Shown piece by piece: positions 40,024 through 50,678 of a stretch of DNA of 64,000 bases; within the stretch, counting starts at the first letter, position 1, and every line of letters starts with the position of its first letter. Below the pieces are notes generated by a model. That model did not search any database. It was not told the origin of the DNA and saw only the letters and a list, made by a program, of their open reading frames with translations. The stretch is taken from positions 608,001-672,000 of the forward strand of contig CAWCNY010000003.1 of the NCBI GenBank assembly GCA_963797095.1, in the 5' to 3' direction. Source of the stretch: an uncultured Chloroflexia bacterium (lineage in GTDB: Bacteria; Chloroflexota; Chloroflexia; QHBQ01; JADMIH01). A program made the position numbers and the translations under genes.

Positions 40024-40388
40024 CGATTCCCACCTTCCTGGCGCGATACGCGTTTTCTCAATAAGCTACTACCCTACATGTGTAAGGCGTACAGGGCGTG
40101 ATCCAGATTGGGGCAGAGTCGACAGCCAACCCCGGCACCTACCGGGCAGAGTTAGCTGTTGGGGCGGTCCAGGTCGAAGTCGAAGAACAGAAATGCTTTG
40201 GAGACTCAGGCCGAGGCCCTGAACCGTCCGGCGATCAATAGCTCAAGGCAAATACGAGCTTTACCGGCATAGCAGCGTCAGCCCCTATTTCACAGACATT
40301 GGTCGCATCCAGAAAAATGCAATTCCAATCACTGACGCTAATTCTACTCACCAATGCTGATGCTGATATTTTAAGCCAACACTTCATA

Positions 40389-40424
40389 AGCGTCAAGAGC
40401 GTCAAGAGCGTCAAGAGCGTCAAG
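40389..40424. repeat. Nonamer tandem repeat (AGCGTCAAG)4
   Basis: Directly visible, intergenic. Confidence 0.9.
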
Positions 40425-40490
40425 CCAGATATCCAATCTGACGCACCGTCCATTCACATCCTGGCCTTCTCAAAGGCTCACCTATTTCCT

Positions 40491-42656
40491 TCATCGCGGA
40501 AATGCATCCTTCAATCCACCATCCACCGGCAACATCGCCCCCGTCGTCTTGGCCGACCGCTCCGATGCCAGGAAAAGCGCCGCCTCCGCCACATCATCCG
40601 TCTTCACTTCCACCTGCAACAGGTTTCGCTTCCTGTAATACTCCTCCAATTGGTCCGGCTCGATCCCCTGCGCCCTGGCCCGCGCCTCCCTCAACTCCGG
40701 CGACCACACCCCCGACCCCTCAAAGATCGCGTCCGGGTTCACCATATTCGACCGAATCCCGAACGGCGCGCCCTCAAGCGCCAGCACCCGCGCCAGTTGC
40801 GCCTCAGCCGCCTTCGACGCGCTGTACGCCCCGAAATTCTTACCGGGGCTGGTCACGTTCTTGGTAGCGATAAACACCACGCTCCCACCCGTCCCCTGCG
40901 CCTTCATGGTCCTCAACGCCTCTCTCACCACCAGGAAGTGTCCCCTCGCGTTCACAGCGAAGTTCCTCTCCCACTCCTCCAGCGTCAATTCGTCTATGGC
41001 CGCCCCCTTCGCCACCCCGGCGTTCGACACCAGCACATCCACCCCGCCATACATCAACACGGCCTCCATAAACCCCGCCCTCACCGACCCCTCATCGGTC
41101 ACATCCATCCGCACCGCCATCGCCCTGTTATTTGGGTTCGCCTTCGTCAACTCCCCCGCGAGCGCCTCCGCTCGCTCAAGATCCAGGTCGGCGCACACAA
41201 TATGCGCCCCCTCCTTCGCGAACCGGCGCGCAATCGCCGCCCCTATCGCCCCCGCCGCCCCCGTCACAAGCGCCACCCGCCTGCTCAACTCCTTCTCAGG
41301 CGGGGCCAGCGTCAGCTTATACAACTCCAAAGGCCAGTACTCCGCCTCGAACGCGTCCTTCAACCCAAGCGACCTGTACTCCCCTACCCGCTCGGCCCCC
41401 TCTATGATCTCAATAGTGTGCCTGTAAATATCGCCCGACACCCCGGCAGCCCGGCTATCCTTCCCCACCGAAAACATCCCAACTCCCTCCACCAATACCA
41501 CGCGGGGCAATGGCGGCAGCATAGCCTCCCCACTCTCAAACTCCCGGTAATACCCCTCGTACTCCCGCACCCAATCTTCATATCGGCGAACGACGGAGGA
41601 CGAAAGACGAACACCCAGGCCCTGAACATCGTCCATCCCTCCCAAACTTTCATCCTCCGTCCCTCGTCCTTCGTCCGCAACCCACAGCACCGTGCGCCCG
41701 GTATTCAGAATATGGTCCGGCGTCGCAGCCCCTTGCGCCAGCACTCTCGCCATCCTATCCAGAGGCACCAGGTCCCCCGAAACGAACCTCAACACATCTT
41801 CAGAATCGTCAAAGCGCACAACCACCCGCCCATGCGCCCCAAGCACCCCTCGCAATACGGGCGCAATCCGAGCCGCTACCTCCCGCCGCTCAGGAGACGA
41901 AAGACGAACGACGGACGACGAAGGCCCAACCTCAGAAGAAGCACGACTTAAGCCTACATCTTCCGTCCCCGAACTTTCGTTTCGCGCAGCATACCTCGCT
42001 CTCTCCACCATCTCGATATGCAGCCTGTACGCCTCCTTCGGGTCGTCATCCCAGGTGATCAGCCCGTGGTTCAGCAGAATAACCCCCTTGATCCCCGGCC
42101 TCTGCCGAGCCATCTCCCCCACCCACTTCGACAACAAGAATCCCGGCCTCCGGTAAGGCACAACCCCCACCTCATCCCCGAACAGCTCCCGCAGTAGCTC
42201 CTCCCACCGGGTATTGTTGGTCAGCATAAGTATCGCGTCCGCGTGACTGTGCACCACGCTGCGTGCCGGCACAAAAGCGTGCAACAGCGTCTCAATCGAG
42301 GGCCGGGGCGCGCTCGGCTCGACCAGCGTCTGCCCCAGGTAAGCCACCATATCCTCGTCGCTCATCTCGTCGCGCTCCATCAGCGGCAGCACCTCGTCCA
42401 TCCGCACCCCCGGAAAATCCCGTGCCGTCACCGCCTTGAGGTCCGACCCGCTCCCCTTCACCCGCAATACATACACAGGTCGCCCCCGAAAGTCGGTCTC
42501 CCAGGTCTTGAGCGAAGTATTGCCCCCGCCCCACAGCACAAGCCGGGGATCGCCACCCACCAGCCGCGACTGGTAAGCCAGCAACTCCACGTCCGGCAAC
42601 CCCGCCGCATCCTCATCCCGCCACCTCTTCTCAATAGTCGAATCACTCCCGCTCAT
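40491..42656 (-). CDS. Bifunctional class II aldolase (rhamnulose-1-phosphate aldolase-like) / short-chain dehydrogenase
   Basis: GGGNTS.K, KGSGSDL, PSIETLLH, HSHAD, NHG, TPDH, EYWPLE; SDR TGAAGAIG, NAG, YSASK, VDGG. Contains two low-complexity inserts. Confidence 0.92.
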   Translation of the reverse strand: MSGSDSTIEKRWRDEDAAGLPDVELLAYQSRLVGGDPRLVLWGGGNTSLKTWETDFRGRPVYVLRVKGSGSDLKAVTARDFPGVRMDEVLPLMERDEMSDEDMVAYLGQTLVEPSAPRPSIETLLHAFVPARSVVHSHADAILMLTNNTRWEELLRELFGDEVGVVPYRRPGFLLSKWVGEMARQRPGIKGVILLNHGLITWDDDPKEAYRLHIEMVERARYAARNESSGTEDVGLSRASSEVGPSSSVVRLSSPERREVAARIAPVLRGVLGAHGRVVVRFDDSEDVLRFVSGDLVPLDRMARVLAQGAATPDHILNTGRTVLWVADEGRGTEDESLGGMDDVQGLGVRLSSSVVRRYEDWVREYEGYYREFESGEAMLPPLPRVVLVEGVGMFSVGKDSRAAGVSGDIYRHTIEIIEGAERVGEYRSLGLKDAFEAEYWPLELYKLTLAPPEKELSRRVALVTGAAGAIGAAIARRFAKEGAHIVCADLDLERAEALAGELTKANPNNRAMAVRMDVTDEGSVRAGFMEAVLMYGGVDVLVSNAGVAKGAAIDELTLEEWERNFAVNARGHFLVVREALRTMKAQGTGGSVVFIATKNVTSPGKNFGAYSASKAAEAQLARVLALEGAPFGIRSNMVNPDAIFEGSGVWSPELREARARAQGIEPDQLEEYYRKRNLLQVEVKTDDVAEAALFLASERSAKTTGAMLPVDGGLKDAFPR

Positions 42657-42773
42657 ATCTCTCTCCTTTAGCTAGCCGCGCATCAAACAACCCAAGGCCG
42701 AGGCATACCCAACCCCCTCCGCGCCAATCCCAAAAAACCTTCGCGCTCTCAACACCCTTATGGCTCAAACCCA

Positions 42774-42808
42774 CACTCCGCACTCCGCACTCCGCACTCC
42801 GCACTCCG
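42774..42808. repeat. Heptamer microsatellite (CACTCCG)5
   Basis: Directly visible; the same unit recurs in-frame at about 54352-54380. Confidence 0.95.
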
Positions 42809-43107
42809 CATTCCCCACTTCAAACTATAAAAACCACCCGAAAGTACACCCCAAAACCTGTCCAGTTTCCCCCACCATTGCCATTTAGTATACGAGGGCC
42901 AGTCCAACGATCAACAACCCCAACCCATGCAAAAACCCCCAAAATAAGCCAATGACCATACCAAAGTACGCATCCATATCATCCGCCCCCGCCCACACTC
43001 TTTTGTCACCCACCATTCACTCCATTTTACCCCCACGACTACCGTCCCTTGCTACACTCACACTGGATCATTATGCCGCTTTCAAAACCTAACCGGGAGA
43101 GCAAACC

Positions 43108-44073
43108 ATGAGAACCAATACCCTCCTGCGCAGCCTCGGCCACGTGCTCGCCACCGTTGCGCTAACCCTTCTAGCCGTCATCCTCCTCTTCGCCGTAGCG
43201 ATCCGCCCCTGGTACATGAACTGGGGAGCCACCGCCGCCGAAGCCGCCCAAACCCTGCCGGGCGACGAGCTACTCGCCCACACCGATGCCCAGCTAACCC
43301 ACGCTATCACTATCAACGCCCCCGCAAGCGCGGTCTGGCCGTGGCTTGTGCAGATGGGCCAGGGGCATGGCGGCTTTTACAGCTACGAGATGCTCGAAAA
43401 TCTCCTCGGCTGCGACATGCACAACGCCGACACCATAGTGCCAGCCTGGCAGAACACCCAGGTCGGCGACCCCATCAGGATGTACCCCGAAGGCAACGGC
43501 GCGCCACCCTTCACCGCAGCCGAAATCATCCCCGGCCAGGCCCTCGTCACCGGCCATACCAACGACCCCGGTGGAGTGCCCGCCCAGGTAACTCCCCAGA
43601 CCGAGTGGAACAGCACGTGGTCCTTCATACTCCAACCCATCGATGCCGACAGCACCCGCCTCCTCATCCGCAGCCGCTCTATCTACGCTGACCCCGTACT
43701 GAACACCATAATGACCGCCGTGGAGCCGGGAGCCTTCATAATGGAGCGCGGTATGCTACAGGGCATCAAGGAACGTGCCGAGCGCGCCCAGGGCCTCCAG
43801 GTAAACTACACCGCCTCCGATGGCTGGTCCATCGCGTTCTTGCTGCTGGCCTTCCTCGGCCTCACTGCCTATGTCTTCGCCGGGCGCTGGCCGCAGAAGC
43901 TCTACATAGCCCCACTGGGCGCGATCCTGTGGCTCGCCGCCGTCTTCTTCGGCTACCCATCCCTGATCTTCGCCGCCCTGATAGCCTTGGCCGCCATAGT
44001 TGCCCTCATCTGGAACTACCTCTGGCCGCGAGAAACACACACAACGCCGGTCCAGGTAACAATCCGCCACTAG
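43108..44073 (+). CDS. Membrane protein with SRPBCC-like soluble domain
   Basis: WGAT..E...LPGD, AITINAP..VWPWLVQMG..GGFYSYE.LEN, FIMERGML.GIKERAE; N- and C-terminal TM segments. Confidence 0.7.
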   Translation: MRTNTLLRSLGHVLATVALTLLAVILLFAVAIRPWYMNWGATAAEAAQTLPGDELLAHTDAQLTHAITINAPASAVWPWLVQMGQGHGGFYSYEMLENLLGCDMHNADTIVPAWQNTQVGDPIRMYPEGNGAPPFTAAEIIPGQALVTGHTNDPGGVPAQVTPQTEWNSTWSFILQPIDADSTRLLIRSRSIYADPVLNTIMTAVEPGAFIMERGMLQGIKERAERAQGLQVNYTASDGWSIAFLLLAFLGLTAYVFAGRWPQKLYIAPLGAILWLAAVFFGYPSLIFAALIALAAIVALIWNYLWPRETHTTPVQVTIRH

Positions 44074-44407
44074 CGTATCCGTAGGCGTGCCCCTGGTTGG
44101 CAATCCTATCGCATTAAAGTCACAAAGGCGTAGACATATAGTGGCACCCCTTGTGGGTTGCTCAGATGGATTGCCACCCAGGGTCAAGTCCCGAAGGGAC
44201 TACCTGCTTGGGGACGTTCAATCCACAACTCTTTCCCCTGGGGCTACTTTCTGCCGTCTCTACGAGACTACTTGCGAGGGTAGTAACGGGGCAAGGTACC
44301 CACGGAGGGCGCTAGCGCTTAGACTATCTTCAGGGTGCTTATACGATAACATTTCCCCGGTGCGTGCCCCTGGTGGTCTTCCCAAAAGATCGCGGTCAGG
44401 TGAGAAC

Positions 44408-44433
44408 GGGCGGGCACGAAGACCCGCCCCTAC
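44408..44433 (-). repeat. GTAG-type REP-like palindrome
   Basis: Minus strand reads GTAGGGGCGGGTCTTCGTGCCCGCCC; degenerate relatives at 44081-44106 and 44138-44163. Confidence 0.7.
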
Positions 44434-44473
44434 TTTATAATGTCATCCTGAGATCCGCGACAGGAGCCACCGC

Positions 44474-45301
44474 GTGACCCAATACCTCCACCAGAAGCAC
44501 GATCCCCCCGAGCTTGCCCGGACAATCGACCAGCTATCTTTCTGGGCCTCCAGGTTCGGCGCCCTTCTCTTCGACAACCTCGACCTGCGCCCCAACCTGA
44601 ATATCCTCGACATAGGATGCGCCACCGGCTTCCCCCTCTTCGAGATCGCCCAGGTGCACGGTCCATCCTGCCGCGTGACCGGCATAGACCTCTGGCAAGA
44701 GGCCCTCACCCGAGCCGCCGCCAAACAACGCCTGATCCCCCAGGAAAACGTCTCCCTCGTCCAGGCCGACGCCGCCCATCTACCCTTCGCCAACGCCGCC
44801 TTCGACCTGATCGTCTCCAACCTCGGCGTCAACAACTTCGATGACGCCCCCGCTGTTATGTCCGAATGCTACCGCGTAGCCAATCCTGGCGCACGCGTCG
44901 TGCTCACCACCAATCTCACCGGCCACATGAGCCGCTTCTACGACATCTACCGCCAGACCCTCACCGAGCTCGGCCTATCCACCCGCTTACCCCTCCTGCA
45001 AGCCCAGGAGGAACACCGTGGCACCCTCGACTCGGTGCGCTCTCTTCTGCAAAACGCAAGCTTCCAGGTCACCAAAGTCGTGGGAAGCAGCTTCGACCTG
45101 CGCTTCCTCGACAGCGCCGCCTTTTTTAACCACTACCTCGTCAGGATCGGCTTCCTCGACGGCTGGCGCAGCGTTCTACAACCCGAGGAAGAAGGGCAAG
45201 TCTTCCAGGCCCTGGAAAAAGCCCTCGACACCCTAGCCGCCAAAGAAGGCGAGCTTCGCATGACCATCCCCATGCTCTACATCGAAGCGAAAAAAGACTA
45301 A
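44474..45301 (+). CDS. Class I SAM-dependent methyltransferase
   Basis: ILDIGCATGFP, VTGID, DAAHLPF, FDLIVSNLG; AGGAG RBS and GTG start. Confidence 0.9.
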   Translation: MTQYLHQKHDPPELARTIDQLSFWASRFGALLFDNLDLRPNLNILDIGCATGFPLFEIAQVHGPSCRVTGIDLWQEALTRAAAKQRLIPQENVSLVQADAAHLPFANAAFDLIVSNLGVNNFDDAPAVMSECYRVANPGARVVLTTNLTGHMSRFYDIYRQTLTELGLSTRLPLLQAQEEHRGTLDSVRSLLQNASFQVTKVVGSSFDLRFLDSAAFFNHYLVRIGFLDGWRSVLQPEEEGQVFQALEKALDTLAAKEGELRMTIPMLYIEAKKD

Positions 45302-45318
45302 CCCGCCACCTATTGTCT

Positions 45319-45342
45319 GTAGGGGCGAGGCATGCCTCGCCC
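45319..45342 (+). repeat. GTAG-type REP-like palindrome
   Basis: GTAG-GGGCGAGGCATGCCTCGCCC, immediately after the stop codon. Confidence 0.75.
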
Positions 45343-45397
45343 TGCTAGCTATACAAACCATACTCAAAACACGCTCCAAGCACCGAAAGAACCAAAC

Positions 45398-46387
45398 ATG
45401 AACAACAACACCAAAGAGGCACCTCACGGCACACAACAACGCTCCCTGCGCGACCGCGTCGGCATTTCAATTCACGCGATCAGAGGGATCGACCCACCCA
45501 CCTTCGTGGACCGGATTGTCCAGGCCGAGCAGGCCGGGGTCCGCAACCTCTGGGCCACCCAGGGCGCCGCCTCCACCGACCTCCTGACCGCCTACGCGGC
45601 AGCCTTCATGCGCACAAGCGAGATCCGCCTCGGCACTTCCATCGTCCCCGCCTACCCACGCCACCCGCTGGTCCTCGCCCAGCAGGCCGCCACCGCCGGT
45701 GCGTTCGGCCCCGACCGCTTGCGCCTCGGCGTGGGCACCAGCCACCGCTCCGCCATCGAGAACGTCTACGGCCTCAAGATGGAGCGCGCTCTTGCCTACC
45801 TACGCGAATACGTCGAGATACTCCGAGCCGCCCTCTGGGAAGGCAGCGTAGATCATCAGGGTCAATTCTTCACCGCCAGAACCAGGCTGAATAACCCGCG
45901 CAAAGTTCCTATCATGGTAGCCGCCCTCGGCGAGACCGCTTTCCGCCAGGCAGGCGAAATCTCCGACGGCGCTATCTCCTGGAACGCCCCCGCCCGCTAT
46001 CTGCTGGATGTAGCTCTCCCTGGCATGCGGGAAGGCGCGGCAACCGCAGGGCGTCCCACGCCTCCACTCCTGGCCTACATTCCCGTAGCCCTGACCACCG
46101 ACATAGAAGCCGCACGCGCCACCGCCCGCAAAGACCTCAGCGTATACACCCGCCTCCCTTTCTACACCAACATGTGGGCAACAGCAGGCTATCCCCTCCA
46201 ACCCGACGGCTCGGTAAGCGACGACCTGATCGACAACCTCGTAATGATCGGCGAAGAATCCACTGTAGCCTCCCGCTTGACCGATCTGGTCGCCTCCGGC
46301 ATAGATGAGTTCCTCCTGGCAAGCATCTCTCTAGGAGACCCCGACTCCGAACACCAGCGCCTCACCCACTTCATCGGCAACCTATAA
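45398..46387 (+). CDS. LLM class flavin-dependent (possibly F420) oxidoreductase
   Basis: RLGTSIVPAYPRHP..LAQQA, RLGVGTSH, LREY, PIMVAALG, AGEISDG. Confidence 0.9.
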   Translation: MNNNTKEAPHGTQQRSLRDRVGISIHAIRGIDPPTFVDRIVQAEQAGVRNLWATQGAASTDLLTAYAAAFMRTSEIRLGTSIVPAYPRHPLVLAQQAATAGAFGPDRLRLGVGTSHRSAIENVYGLKMERALAYLREYVEILRAALWEGSVDHQGQFFTARTRLNNPRKVPIMVAALGETAFRQAGEISDGAISWNAPARYLLDVALPGMREGAATAGRPTPPLLAYIPVALTTDIEAARATARKDLSVYTRLPFYTNMWATAGYPLQPDGSVSDDLIDNLVMIGEESTVASRLTDLVASGIDEFLLASISLGDPDSEHQRLTHFIGNL

Positions 46388-46529
46388 CCCAAATCAAAGA
46401 ATCGCTGCAAAACCATACCAAAGCACTAACAAGATGACCGCACAGATGTTCTATAATATGCTATAATATCGGCACCAATCGCGATCAATCGCCCTCCGAC
46501 TACCGATTACAGATTACCGACTACGCCCT

Positions 46530-47904
46530 ATGCACACCTGGACAGCCGAACGCATCCTGTCCCTTGCCCCCGACGCCTCATCCTCTAAGGCGGGGCGCGA
46601 ATTGGCGTCGCCTCGCAAATGGCGGGCCCTGGGCAGGAGCGACTCTGCCCTCTGGGGCGAGCACCAGGGCAGCGGCTCCAAGCCTTACCAGACGGCTATC
46701 GATCTTACCGAGCCTGCCTTCAAGTGCTCCTGTCCAAGTCGCAAATTCCCTTGCAAGCACTGCCTCGGCCTCTTCCTCACCCTCGCCGACGCCCCAACCG
46801 CATTCCCCTCCACAACCCCTCCTCAATGGGCCGCCGAATGGCTCGCCGACCGCGCCGCTGCCGCTCAGCGCGCCGCCAGGCGGGAAGAGCGCAAAGAGCA
46901 CCAGGCCGACGACCCCGAAGCCCGCGCTAAAGCCGAAAAAGCCCAGGCCCGCCTGGCAGCCCAGCGCAAATCCCGCGTAGATAAAGGTGTTGAAGAGCTC
47001 GACCGCTGGCTCCGCGATCTCGTCCGCACCGGCTTCTCCACGCCCAACCTTGCCTCCCCCTCCTTCTGGGATACCCAGGCCGCCCGCCTCATCGACGCCC
47101 AGGCCCCCGGCCTCGCCCGCATGGTGCACAACATGTCCGCCCTCGCCATCCCTGCCGGCAATCAGGCCGTCCGCCACGACCGCCTCCTTGAAGAAGCCGG
47201 TCGCCTCCACCTGCTCCTCCAGGCATACAACCGCCTCCACACCCTCCCCCAGCCCATCCAGGACGAGGTACGCGTCCTGGTCGGCTGGACCCACGACCAA
47301 TCCGACCTCCTGGCCTCCGCCCCCACTTTGCCCGAAACCCACCGCACAACGGGCAAATGGGCCGTCGTCTTCCAGCAAGTGACCGGCGAAGACAAGCTCC
47401 GCGTCCAGCGCACCTACCTGTGGGGCGTCGAACAGCCGCGCTCCGCCCTCATTCTTGATTTCGCGTTCGGCAACGCCCCCCTCGACAAGAGCATGGCAAT
47501 CGGCACCCAATTCGAGGCCGATCTAGTCTACTTCCCCGGCAGCACCCCCATACGCGCCCTTATAAGGGCGCGCCACGGCCCTACAACCGAGGCCGCCGGG
47601 GTCGAAATCGTGGGCGATCTCCGAGGCTATCGCCGCCTACGCCGACTCCCTTAGCCGCAACCCCTGGCTCGACGACTTCCCCATGCTCATCCACGATGTG
47701 ACCCCCATCTGCGACACCGACGACACGGGCCGATGGCAGATCACCCACCTGCGCAACTCCCACGGGGATTGCTTGCCGACCAACCCGCTCGGCGACACCA
47801 CCTGGTATCTCTCCTTGCTGGCCCTCAGTGGAGGCAACCCTATCGCCGTATTCGGCCTCTGGAACGGCACACACCTGACCATGCTTAACGCCTGGACCCA
47901 GTAA
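46530..47904 (+). CDS. SWIM zinc-finger protein (YehQ-like), frameshifted near 47580-47616
   Basis: LAPDASS, WGEHQGSGSKPY, CSCPSRKFPCKH (SWIM), RLIDAQAPGLA; continues in the +1 frame as EAIAAYADSLSRNPWLDDFP to the stop at 47904. Confidence 0.85.
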
Positions 47905-47909
47905 CCACT

Positions 47910-49526
47910 ATGAACACTCCTCAATCCTCACCCTACTCCGAAATCTGGGAAGCCCTCGCCACCGCCGCTCTCCTCGGCACCGAGCGCCGCCCCTTCGAGC
48001 TACCCCCACCGGGCGACAATTCGCTGGGTGCCATGCTCGCCAACCTTCACCAGGCAAGCGCAACCAACCCCGAACACACCCTCCTCTCGGCAGTCGCAGC
48101 TCTCACCCTCTACCGCAGGGCAGGCAGCCTTCCCACCAACGACCCCAGCCCACTCCCCGGCTCTTGTCTCCCCGAAACCCTCGCGTCCTGCTCACCACGC
48201 ACCGCCTCCCACCTGCACACCATGCTGGCGGGCGAGTACAGCGCCGCCCTCTCAGAATGGCTCGAAGAGGCCGCCCGCCGGGGTAAGTTCGTCCCCCCCG
48301 ACCAGCTACCGCTCCTCCTCAGCATAGGGCAGACCCAACCCGGCTACCGCCAGTACATCCTCCCCGTGATCGGCAATCGCGGGCGCTGGCTCGCATCGAT
48401 GTACACTCTGAATGACCAGTGGGCCTATGTCCGCGACAGCGCAACTTTGGAAGCACCCGACGAAGATTCTACCCGCGATGTATGGGAAACAGGCAGCCAG
48501 CAAGCCCGCCAGGCCCTATTGCAAAACCTGCGCGCCTCCCAACCCGACCACGCCCGCCGGATGCTCAAATCGGTCTGGCAACAGGAAAGCGCCCCCAGCC
48601 GCGCCGCCTTCTTGCAAGTCCTTCGCACCGGCCTTACAATAGCCGACGAGCCTTTCCTCGAATCCGCCCTCGACGACCAAGGCAAAGATGTGCGTGCCAC
48701 CGCCGCCGACCTCCTCGCTAACCTTCCAGGATCGCGCTTCATGCGCAGGATGATAGATGGCGTCGCCCCTCTCCTCTCCCTCAAACGCGGTAAGCAAGGC
48801 AAACTCTTTGGCGCAACTAACAAACTCACAATCGAAGTTGCCACCACGCAGGAATACACCCCCGCCATGAAGCGCGACAGCATCGAGCAAAAGCCGGGTA
48901 CAGGCAATTTTGGCGAGCGCACTTACTGGCTGCTCCAACAGCTAAGCCGCATCCCTCCTCGCACATGGGTAGAACGGTGGGAAGCCCCAACGCAAGAGAT
49001 CATAGCTGCCGCCTTCCAGACCAAAGAGTGGAAGAACCTCCTGATACAGGCCTGGATCCTCGCCACCGTTCGCCACAACGACCAGGCGTGGGCGGATGCT
49101 TTCCTCTCTTATGGCCTCGCGAAGCTATCCGAGTACGCTCCCGACAGCCTGGTGCGCATCCTACCCGCCGAACGCCGCGACGACCTTGTGAAAACCACTC
49201 TCAACGCCCACCCCGAAGCCCTCTACACCGATGATATGCCCCTATCCATCCTCTGGACTCTTCGCAAGCCCTGGCCCGACGAGGTGTGCCGCGCGGTTCT
49301 CACAAGTATGAGCCACCACATCAAAGCCTCCCCCAGGCAGGGCAACTGGCAGGTCAGCCAATCTATCGCCACCTTCGCCTACTCCATGACCCCCGACATC
49401 CTGCCCGAAGCCGAATCGATCCTGACCACCACCGACCAGACCCCCAAGAACCTCAAAGAAGCCGTAGACGATTTCCGGCAAACCCTCCAATTCCGCAAAG
49501 ATATGCTCCAGGCCCTCTCCGAATAG
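47910..49526 (+). CDS. DUF5691-like alpha-helical repeat protein
   Basis: ALLGTERR, G.RGRWLA, W.QE.A..RA.FL, DEPFLE.ALDD..KDVR..AA.LL; operon position. Confidence 0.8.
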   Translation: MNTPQSSPYSEIWEALATAALLGTERRPFELPPPGDNSLGAMLANLHQASATNPEHTLLSAVAALTLYRRAGSLPTNDPSPLPGSCLPETLASCSPRTASHLHTMLAGEYSAALSEWLEEAARRGKFVPPDQLPLLLSIGQTQPGYRQYILPVIGNRGRWLASMYTLNDQWAYVRDSATLEAPDEDSTRDVWETGSQQARQALLQNLRASQPDHARRMLKSVWQQESAPSRAAFLQVLRTGLTIADEPFLESALDDQGKDVRATAADLLANLPGSRFMRRMIDGVAPLLSLKRGKQGKLFGATNKLTIEVATTQEYTPAMKRDSIEQKPGTGNFGERTYWLLQQLSRIPPRTWVERWEAPTQEIIAAAFQTKEWKNLLIQAWILATVRHNDQAWADAFLSYGLAKLSEYAPDSLVRILPAERRDDLVKTTLNAHPEALYTDDMPLSILWTLRKPWPDEVCRAVLTSMSHHIKASPRQGNWQVSQSIATFAYSMTPDILPEAESILTTTDQTPKNLKEAVDDFRQTLQFRKDMLQALSE

Positions 49527-49577
49527 GCGGGAAATCCGCAATCAAAAATCCGAGATCCGAAATTCAAGGAGTCCCGA

Positions 49578-50675
49578 ATGACCGCACCCCCAGCCGCAAC
49601 TGCCATCCTTCGCGCTCACGCCGAGCAGGAGTTCGCCGAAGAACTGCACGAACTCTCCAAAGCCGACGACCGCCCCCGGCCCCCCAACTGGCTCCTCTCT
49701 CCCTGGGCCGTCGCCACCTACCTCATGGGCGGCAGGCTTTCCAGCGGATTCGAGGTCTCCCCCAAGTACATCGGCGACCGCCGCCTGATCGAGATCGCCA
49801 TCGCCACCCTCACCACCGACCGCGCCCTCCTACTTCTCGGCATTCCCGGCACAGCCAAGTCCTGGACATCCGAGCACCTATCCGCCGCTATCTCCGGCAC
49901 CTCCACCCTCCTGGTGCAGGGCACAGCCGGCACCAGTGAAGAGTCGGTGCGTTACGGCTGGAACTACGCCCTGCTCCTCGCTGAAGGACCCTCCGAGCGC
50001 GCCGTAGTCGGCAGCCCCATCATGCGAGCCATGCGCGAGGGCAAGGTCGCCCGCGTCGAGGAGCTAACCCGCATCCCCGCCGATGTGCAGGACTCCTTCA
50101 TCACCATCCTCTCCGAAAAGACCCTCCCCATCCCTGAGCTAAACGCCGAGGTGCAGGCCAACAAGGGCTTCAACGTGATCGCCACCGCCAACAACCGCGA
50201 CCGGGGCGTCAACGAGCTATCGAGCGCCCTCAAGCGCCGCTTCAACGCCGTCATCCTCCCCCTCCCCGAAACCGAGGAGCAGGAGGTCGAGATCGTGCGC
50301 CGCCGAGTGGAGAGCATGGGCCGCACCCTCCAGATCCCCGCCGCCCCGCCCACCATCGAGGAGATACGCCGGGTGGTGGCCGTCTTCCGTGAGCTACGCA
50401 GCGGCGTTACCCAGGACGGCAAAACCAAAGTCAAATCCCCCTCAGGCACTCTCTCCACAGCCGAAGCGATCTCAGTAGTCAACAGCGGTCTTTCCCTGGC
50501 CGCCCACTTCGGCGACGGCACCCTCCGCGCCGCCGACCTCGCCTCCGGCCTCACCGGCGCTGTAATCAAAGACCCTGTACAGGATCAGGTAGTGTGGCTA
50601 GAATACCTGGAAACCGTAATTAAAGAACGCGATGGCTGGAAAGACCTCTACAGGGCCTGCCGGGAACAACTTTAG
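49578..50675 (+). CDS. MoxR-like AAA+ ATPase (YehL-like)
   Basis: Walker A GIPGTAKS, RVEELTR, ATANNRDRGVNELSSALKRRF, STAEAI; AAGGAG RBS. Confidence 0.92.
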   Translation: MTAPPAATAILRAHAEQEFAEELHELSKADDRPRPPNWLLSPWAVATYLMGGRLSSGFEVSPKYIGDRRLIEIAIATLTTDRALLLLGIPGTAKSWTSEHLSAAISGTSTLLVQGTAGTSEESVRYGWNYALLLAEGPSERAVVGSPIMRAMREGKVARVEELTRIPADVQDSFITILSEKTLPIPELNAEVQANKGFNVIATANNRDRGVNELSSALKRRFNAVILPLPETEEQEVEIVRRRVESMGRTLQIPAAPPTIEEIRRVVAVFRELRSGVTQDGKTKVKSPSGTLSTAEAISVVNSGLSLAAHFGDGTLRAADLASGLTGAVIKDPVQDQVVWLEYLETVIKERDGWKDLYRACREQL

Positions 50676-50678
50676 GAG

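Noticed and set aside
40121-40160. Hairpin upstream of the Rv2258c-like methyltransferase as a SAM riboswitch
   Set aside because: A stem exists (ACAGCCAAC/GTTAGCTGT) but I see no SAM riboswitch consensus.
40299-41951. 550-aa + strand ORF (likewise 33848-35074, 53804-55063, 20410-21468, 38881-40101)
   Set aside because: Antisense shadows of well-supported genes in high-GC DNA, with no motifs.
24061-42600. Other CAACTCC sites (e.g. near 24066, 36843, 41286, 41322) as miscalls
   Set aside because: They encode Glu-Leu on the minus strand where Leu fits the family, so they are probably genuine.
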